A stretch of DNA of 30,701 nt, taken from contig DASWQQ010000173.1 of assembly GCA_036403615.1 (NCBI GenBank), forward strand, positions 1 through 30,701, written 5' to 3'. Origin of the DNA: Candidatus Dormiibacterota bacterium. GTDB lineage: Bacteria; Chloroflexota; Dormibacteria; CF-121. Below, piece after piece: positions 25,440 through 30,701 of the stretch. The notes under the pieces were generated by a model. The model made no database searches and was not told where the DNA came from. It saw only the letters and a program-made list of their open reading frames with translations. Position 1 is the first letter of the stretch. The number at the start of each line of letters is the position of its first letter. Both the position numbers and the translations under genes were made by a program.

Positions 25440-27063
25440 TCGCTGGCGGCGGCGGTGGCGGATGGGCCGGTGCTCCGCCGGTCCCGCCGCCCATCTGGCT
25501 CCGGTGCTCCTCGAGTGCCGCGTCATATTCCTCCAGTGACTTGTACTCCTCCGCCTCGAGCAGCACGCGCCTGGTTGCCGTAACCCAGTCGCGATCCAAG
25601 GTTTTCAGCATGGGGAGGCCCCGCTTGCGCCGGTAAATTGCAAACAAAATGACTGCGCCGACCACCCAGATAGGGCCGACCACTCGCGCGTACTCGTGGG
25701 TAAGCAAGACCATGATGAGGAAGAAGAGCACGCCCAGAAACCCCAGCGCGCCGAGCAGCGGAAACCAGACCTGGCGGCCTTTGTACTGGATCTGAATGTT
25801 CAGAGGCATCATGTAGGGCCGTGGCGTGAACGGATCCTTGAATCGAAGCACGAAGAGGGAGATGAAGACCAGCAGGTAGCCGGTGGTAGCGCCGAAGGCA
25901 TACAGGTCCGCCAGGACGAAAATCGCCGCAGTGTTACCGGGCGGTCCAGGTGTGAAGAATGCGAAGATCGTCTGGAGAAGTGCGACACCGCCAAAGACGA
26001 TGACAGCACGCGCCGGGGTTGCGAACTTCTTGTTGACCTTGGAGAACCAGGCAGGAAGCAGGTCAAACTGGCTCATCGAGTAGCTCAGCCTCGAGGAACT
26101 CACGACGCCGGAGTTTGCCGAGATGTACACAATCAGGGCGCCGATTGCCGCAGTGAGCGGGGCGGCAACGACACCGATCACCGGGATTCGGCTGGCAATC
26201 AGCGCCACCGCATCGCCATCATGCCCGCGGAAGTCGAGCGGGTGGAGAAGCCCAACCGCGAGCACGGAGAACGCCATCGCGAAGAGTAGCACCGAGATAA
26301 CGAGGCCGATCGACGTCCGAGGGATGATGGTGGCCGGCCGGCGGGTTTCCTGAGCGACCTGCGAAATCGTCTCCAGGCCAACGAAGGCGATGATCGCAAG
26401 TGACGACCCGAAGGCGAACTGGCTGAGGGAAGGCCTGTCGAAGGCAAACTCGCGGGCGACCATCTCCGGATGCCATACCAGCACGAAGCCGGCGACCACA
26501 ATGACGGTCTGGGCGATGATCGCGATCGTCCCGATAATTTCGTTGAAGTTTGTCGAGATCTTGATGCCGCGGACGTTGAGCCAGATCAGGAGCAGAATGC
26601 CCGCCATGGACTCCAGGAGCCAGATCCATGCGAGGTGGATCGGCCCAAGCGTGAGGGTGAAGTCAGTTACGTGGTGTCCGGCACTCACGAGGGGAACGAA
26701 GAAATTGAAATAGCCGAAAGCCACCACGGTGAAGAGCGAGATATCGATCGTGTAGTCGAGCACCAGCGCTGCGCCGGCAACCAGCCCCCAGAAATCTCCC
26801 AAACCGCGCAAGGTGAAATACTGGCCGCCGCCGGCCAGCGGGTACGAGGACGCGAGTTCCGCATAGCAGAGGCCTACGAGCGCGAAGACCAGCCCCGCTG
26901 CCAGGAAGGCGAGAGGGGCAAGGCCGAGGGCAGCCAGAGTGATGATTCCCAGGGCCGTATAGATGTCCGCTCCCACGGCGGCGTAGCCCCACATATAGGA
27001 GCCCCAGACCGAAACGTCGCGGCGAAGCTCGCTGCTGGAAATCCCCTCCTGCGGCGGCTGCAT
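25432..27063 (-). CDS. APC-family amino acid permease
   Basis: About 12 TM helices, YAELASSYPLAGG, FVGLETISQVAQE and SRLSYSMS; Pro-rich C-tail. Confidence 0.9.
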   Translation of the reverse strand: MQPPQEGISSSELRRDVSVWGSYMWGYAAVGADIYTALGIITLAALGLAPLAFLAAGLVFALVGLCYAELASSYPLAGGGQYFTLRGLGDFWGLVAGAALVLDYTIDISLFTVVAFGYFNFFVPLVSAGHHVTDFTLTLGPIHLAWIWLLESMAGILLLIWLNVRGIKISTNFNEIIGTIAIIAQTVIVVAGFVLVWHPEMVAREFAFDRPSLSQFAFGSSLAIIAFVGLETISQVAQETRRPATIIPRTSIGLVISVLLFAMAFSVLAVGLLHPLDFRGHDGDAVALIASRIPVIGVVAAPLTAAIGALIVYISANSGVVSSSRLSYSMSQFDLLPAWFSKVNKKFATPARAVIVFGGVALLQTIFAFFTPGPPGNTAAIFVLADLYAFGATTGYLLVFISLFVLRFKDPFTPRPYMMPLNIQIQYKGRQVWFPLLGALGFLGVLFFLIMVLLTHEYARVVGPIWVVGAVILFAIYRRKRGLPMLKTLDRDWVTATRRVLLEAEEYKSLEEYDAALEEHRSQMGGGTGGAPAHPPPPPPAIT

Positions 27064-27070
27064 CCAGAAG

Positions 27071-27076
27071 ATAGTA
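27071..27076 (-). promoter_or_regulatory. -10 element (TACTAT) for leaderless APC permease gene; possibly bidirectional
   Basis: TAnnnT hexamer exactly 7 nt before ATG 27063, no SD; the opposite strand reads GATAGT toward the NYN gene. Confidence 0.5.
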
Positions 27077-27098
27077 GCGGGGCCGGTACCCTGAGCCG

Positions 27099-27626
27099 AT
27101 GGACCGGCTGATCGTTGACGGCTACAACATGATCTTCGCCTGGCCGGAGCTGGCCAGCCTCAAAGACACCAAGCTGGAAGATGCCCGGGACCTGCTGATC
27201 GCGATCCTGGCCGACTACGGCGCCATGACCCGGCAGCAGGTGACCGTGGTCTTCGACTCACACCGGCGCATCGACGGCGAGGCGTCCAGCGAGCGCATCA
27301 GCGGGGTCCAGGTTGTCTTTTCCGGTAAAAAAACATCGGCCGACCACGTCATCGAGCGCCTCGTCTTCGGCGCCAGGCCGAGCGACGACGTCACGGTGGC
27401 GACCTCGGACGGGCTGCAACGTGACTACGCGCTCGGCCGAGGGATAAAGACGGTATCCGCGACCATTCTCAAGGCACAGATCGACGCGGTCCTGGAGCAG
27501 CGTAACCGCCAGATCGGGGACAGTCGGGCACGTTCTGACATCTCGCGCCGGCTCGAGGACCGCCTTGATGCTGAGACGCGTGAGCGCCTCGATCGTTTGA
27601 GGCGCGGCGAACCACCGGAAAAATAA
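27099..27626 (+). CDS. NYN-domain ribonuclease, YacP/Rae1 family
   Basis: LIVDGYN, VVFD, SAD..IE and VATSD acidic motifs; follows rlmB as yacP does in Bacillus. Confidence 0.88.
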   Translation: MDRLIVDGYNMIFAWPELASLKDTKLEDARDLLIAILADYGAMTRQQVTVVFDSHRRIDGEASSERISGVQVVFSGKKTSADHVIERLVFGARPSDDVTVATSDGLQRDYALGRGIKTVSATILKAQIDAVLEQRNRQIGDSRARSDISRRLEDRLDAETRERLDRLRRGEPPEK

Positions 27627-27657
27627 GGAAGGGGCCGCGCGTGCGGCCCCCTCTTTC
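27627..27657. terminator. Probable bidirectional intrinsic terminator between convergent NYN and CHAP genes
   Basis: ggggccgc-gcgt-gcggcccc hairpin flanked by a purine run on the left and ctcttt on the right. Confidence 0.75.
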
Positions 27658-27671
27658 CCCCTACTCGCCGG

Positions 27672-28472
27672 CTAGCAGTGCGGTAATCCGGGGCTGAAGT
27701 TGTTGAACGCCGGGGTCGTCGTGTAGTAGTCGGTGATATACGAGCCGTCGCTCAGGCGGTCCCAGATCCCCGTGCCATTGATGACGCTGCTGGAACGAAC
27801 CTGGCAGGCGATCGAAATCTGCTGTCCGTTCTGCAGGAAGCCGATCGTGCCAAAGCTGGTGCCGGGCCCCGACCGCTGCCGTACCACGTCGGTGACGCGA
27901 TAAAGGTGAGATCCAGGTTGTACCGGCGGTGCCGGAGGCGGCGGCGTCGCGGAGCGACCTGCCACGAAGTGGATGTAGCGGGGCGCCTGGATGGTTCGCG
28001 TGCCGTAGCCGAGATAGTGTGCCCAGTTGTACTCTTCGATCACGGCCTGGCCGGAAGCATTGACCGCCATGACGTAGGCGACGTGTCCGCCCCACCACGC
28101 GTAGTTCTCGCCGCCGTGCCAGACCGCCACGGCTCCCGCGGAGGGATGGCTGTCAACCGTGTAGCCGATGCTGCGCGCCGCCGCATCCCAGGAGCCGCCG
28201 TTGCCAAAGAAGGCGGTGCGGCCGTTGGGACCGGTCAGAGAAGCGCCGTGAAAGCGGACGCCCTCCTGGCTCAGCCGAAAGGCCACGAAGGAGGTGCAGT
28301 AGCCGGTGTAAAAGCCCCAGGGGTCCAGCCGGTTGGCTGTACCGCGGTATGGGTAGTCGTTGACTCCTGCCGCCAGCACGGTGGTTGCTGGAGCGGCCGC
28401 CAGCAGCATCGCCGAACCCATCACCACCGAAATCGCTTTGCGAACGCTGAACCGAGACGATTTGCGGACCAT
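27672..28472 (-). CDS. Secreted CHAP-domain peptidoglycan hydrolase with C-terminal SH3b-like domain
   Basis: Signal peptide, catalytic Cys (YCTSFV), His (GHVAYV), EEYNW, Pro linker and RQRSGPGTSF...CQ...WDRL...Y..DYY. Start at ATG 28472 chosen from the GAGAGGGG SD. Confidence 0.9.
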   Translation of the reverse strand: MVRKSSRFSVRKAISVVMGSAMLLAAAPATTVLAAGVNDYPYRGTANRLDPWGFYTGYCTSFVAFRLSQEGVRFHGASLTGPNGRTAFFGNGGSWDAAARSIGYTVDSHPSAGAVAVWHGGENYAWWGGHVAYVMAVNASGQAVIEEYNWAHYLGYGTRTIQAPRYIHFVAGRSATPPPPAPPVQPGSHLYRVTDVVRQRSGPGTSFGTIGFLQNGQQISIACQVRSSSVINGTGIWDRLSDGSYITDYYTTTPAFNNFSPGLPHC

Positions 28473-28646
28473 TCGGCGAACGCCCCCTCTCATCGCGCTC
28501 AATCGCGCGGAATTTTGCTCCCCGATCGCTGCAGGTTTAACGTCGCTGAGTGGAGGAGGGCATCACTGTCTGTGAAATCGTTTCAGGCGGTCGCACTCGC
28601 GTGCGCCACCGTTACAGGCGGCGCAACGATTCGTTATCGACGCCTG

Positions 28647-29315
28647 CTACTTCGGCGCTGGGGGAACGATTTCCGGCTTTCCCGGCCCCTTGAGCTCGGA
28701 CCGTGCGTAGCGGAATATCCCGATCGTCCAGAGCCACCCCAGCAGCAGTCCGGCGGCCACATCGGTGGGATAGTGGACGCCGAGAAAGACACGAGAGCCG
28801 GCTACCAGAATGGCGATTACCACGGCAGCCGTGAGCGCCAGGTTCCGCCAGGGGGAGGGACGCCCCTGGGTCAACAGGCTCGCAATCGCCAGGTAAATGC
28901 CCGCCGCCTGGGTGGTGTGCTCTGAAGGAAAACTGAGCGAGGTCAGATGCGTCAGGTGTTCGATGGTGGGGCGGGGTCGGGCGACGATCAACTTGACGAC
29001 CGAGGGTAAGGCCGCCGTGCCCGCCGCCACGACGATCAGCGCCAGGTCGTCGGCCGGCCTCTTCCACCGCCGCAGCAGCACGAGCGCGATCGTGAGGGGA
29101 GCCAGGATCGCGAACGAGCCCGCATCGCTCACGATGCCGGCGATGGTCGTCGATAAAGATGTCCGGTGGTCGGAAACGCCCTGCATCGCCGTGAGGTCGA
29201 AACCTGGTGACGAGGCCCGGACCAGGATGCCGGCAACGGCGGTTACGACTGCCAGCACCAGAAAGATGATCCCGATACGGGTGGCGAAGCGCAGCAGTGA
29301 GGAGCGGTCAGGCAT
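28647..29315 (-). CDS. PAP2-family membrane phosphatase
   Basis: K....RPRP, SFPSEH (PSGH variant) and SRVFLGVHYPTDV. Confidence 0.9.
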   Translation of the reverse strand: MPDRSSLLRFATRIGIIFLVLAVVTAVAGILVRASSPGFDLTAMQGVSDHRTSLSTTIAGIVSDAGSFAILAPLTIALVLLRRWKRPADDLALIVVAAGTAALPSVVKLIVARPRPTIEHLTHLTSLSFPSEHTTQAAGIYLAIASLLTQGRPSPWRNLALTAAVVIAILVAGSRVFLGVHYPTDVAAGLLLGWLWTIGIFRYARSELKGPGKPEIVPPAPK

Positions 29316-30701
29316 GCCCGCCGTAGCTCGCCCGCGTGATGACGTGCAGACCGTCGGGGACCACTTCGAAGGTCGCGGGTATCCTGCCGCAGATCTCGCC
29401 GTCCAGCGCTACGTCCATCGGCTTCTCCGGAGACACAGTGACCCTGGTCACAGCCTGGAGTGTCACGCCGCGGACCAATCGGGGTCGCCCGAGCAGGTTG
29501 TTGATGAGCGACTGCACCAGCCGACGGATGGGCAAGTGTTCGATCAAAAGCAGCTGGAGTTTGCGGCTCCTCGGGTCGGCACCTGGCACCTTGAGACCGA
29601 GCGCGCCCCCGATGACCGGAGTATTGATAACCGACAGTTGTTCCAGGCGGCGCTCCTGTTTCCCCTCATCGAGGGTTAGTTCGCAGTTGAACGTTGGCCT
29701 CTCTCTCAGCGCCATCACCCCGGCAACCGCGTAGGTGAGGCGGCCGAGCCGGTGACGAAGGTCGGCCCTGGTGGCGAGCCGCGCGAAATTCACGTTGAGG
29801 CCGGCAGTCGCGGCGTGGACGAAGTGGCGCGGCGGCTTGCCCGGCTGAAGCAGGCGCCCGGCGTCGATGGTCGAGACCTTGCCCACCGCAAGGAGATGGG
29901 CGGCGTGCTCGGGCCTCATCGGCAGCTGAAGCGAGCGGGCAAAATCGTTCGAGGTTCCAAGAGGTAGAACCCCGAGGACCGCGGCTGTTCCGACGAGCAG
30001 GTTGGAGACCGCGCCTACGGTTCCATCGCCGCCGGCCGCAACGATGAGCGGCGGACGCTCGCTTTTCTTGATGATGTCGGCAACGCGCTCGACTTGCTCG
30101 ACGCTCAGCTCTTCAGATATCTCGAGACCTGCCTCCGCCATCGCCTTGCGGGCTCGCTCGAGCTTATTTTGTGACTTTCCGGCGTGCGCGCTGGTGACCA
30201 GGACCACGCGATTCGTCGGGGGCCGAAGTGTTATCGGGGCGGGCGTCCGCGCGTCCCTCCATTCCTGCCCGGCCTTGATCAAAGCATCAGCTGAAAGCCC
30301 CATCACCGTACCGATAGTCGCCCCCGCCAGTACATCGAAGGGATAGTGAACGCGAAGGTGCACCCGCGAGTAGGCGACCGCGCTCGCCAGCGGCAGGGTA
30401 AGCACCAGCCAGCGAGGGTCCTCGCGCGCGACGGCAGTCGTGAAAGCAAAGGCCGAGGCCGAGTGACCGGAGGGAAAGGAAAACGAGCCAGGGATCGCCA
30501 CTATTGGCGGGCGATCTCCGCGCCGGCGCTCCGGCCTGCCGCGGCGTGCCAGGTATTTCAGCGGTAGGTTGACCAGCGTCGAGGTAAGCGCGATGGCAAG
30601 CACGCCGCGTAGCGCAGCACGTCGTCCGCGGTCTCCGCCGGCGATCGCCAGGATGCCGGCGATCGACAGCCAGAGCACCGACCGATTGGCTGTGGTCGTC
30701 A
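29308..30701 (-). CDS. PAP2 phosphatase - diacylglycerol-kinase-family (DAGKc/YegS-like) fusion, 5'-truncated by the window edge
   Basis: PAP2 motifs K...RRGRP, FPSGH and SRVHLRVHYPFDV, followed by kinase motifs AAGGDGT, PLGTSNDFA and LDGE. The frame stays open to the window edge (..TTTANRSVLW). Confidence 0.9.
   Translation of the reverse strand, partial: TTTANRSVLWLSIAGILAIAGGDRGRRAALRGVLAIALTSTLVNLPLKYLARRGRPERRRGDRPPIVAIPGSFSFPSGHSASAFAFTTAVAREDPRWLVLTLPLASAVAYSRVHLRVHYPFDVLAGATIGTVMGLSADALIKAGQEWRDARTPAPITLRPPTNRVVLVTSAHAGKSQNKLERARKAMAEAGLEISEELSVEQVERVADIIKKSERPPLIVAAGGDGTVGAVSNLLVGTAAVLGVLPLGTSNDFARSLQLPMRPEHAAHLLAVGKVSTIDAGRLLQPGKPPRHFVHAATAGLNVNFARLATRADLRHRLGRLTYAVAGVMALRERPTFNCELTLDEGKQERRLEQLSVINTPVIGGALGLKVPGADPRSRKLQLLLIEHLPIRRLVQSLINNLLGRPRLVRGVTLQAVTRVTVSPEKPMDVALDGEICGRIPATFEVVPDGLHVITRASYGGHA

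Noticed and set aside
28503-28646. c-di-AMP (ydaO) riboswitch expected upstream of a cell-wall hydrolase; aacgattcgtt near-palindrome at 28625-28635
   Set aside because: The ydaO conserved segments are not present; the palindrome is single and short.
1-30701. CRISPR array, tRNA/rRNA, transposase, integrase or prophage genes
   Set aside because: No regularly spaced repeats, cloverleaf or rRNA-like sequence, or mobile-element motifs were seen, and there was no obvious compositional break by eye.

Overview
A GC-rich (roughly two-thirds G+C by eye) bacterial chromosomal segment with no recognisable tRNA, rRNA, CRISPR array or mobile element. It opens with a pantothenate operon (partial DUF2520/PanG-like gene, panB, panC) coupled to a NadC-like gene, followed by a patatin, a 4-domain ribosomal protein S1 and clpC. 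The Bacillus-type gene order clpC...radA-yacL(PIN/TRAM)-ispD-ispF-cysS-rlmB-yacP is preserved but interrupted by accessory genes: DUF3237, a DHODH-like/membrane fusion, SpoIID/LytB, an orphan solute-binding lipoprotein with fdhD, a small basic protein, an LLM oxidoreductase, and MFS and APC transporters. It ends with a CHAP-SH3 hydrolase and a PAP2 / PAP2-DAG-kinase pair. Gene content suggests a monoderm lineage such as Chloroflexota or Dormibacterota (inference only). The most notable observations are: (1) three IspD paralogues whose missing and retained catalytic motifs are complementary, suggesting a split or heterodimeric IspD; (2) a NadC paralogue with altered catalytic residues and a long Lys/Pro-rich N-terminal tail; (3) a catalytically degenerate DHODH barrel fused to a tandem His-containing membrane repeat; (4) recurrent leaderless and bidirectional -10 promoters; (5) a 55-aa Lys-rich protein absent from the ORF track. 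All motif comparisons were done by eye against remembered consensus sequences, and no database search was run.
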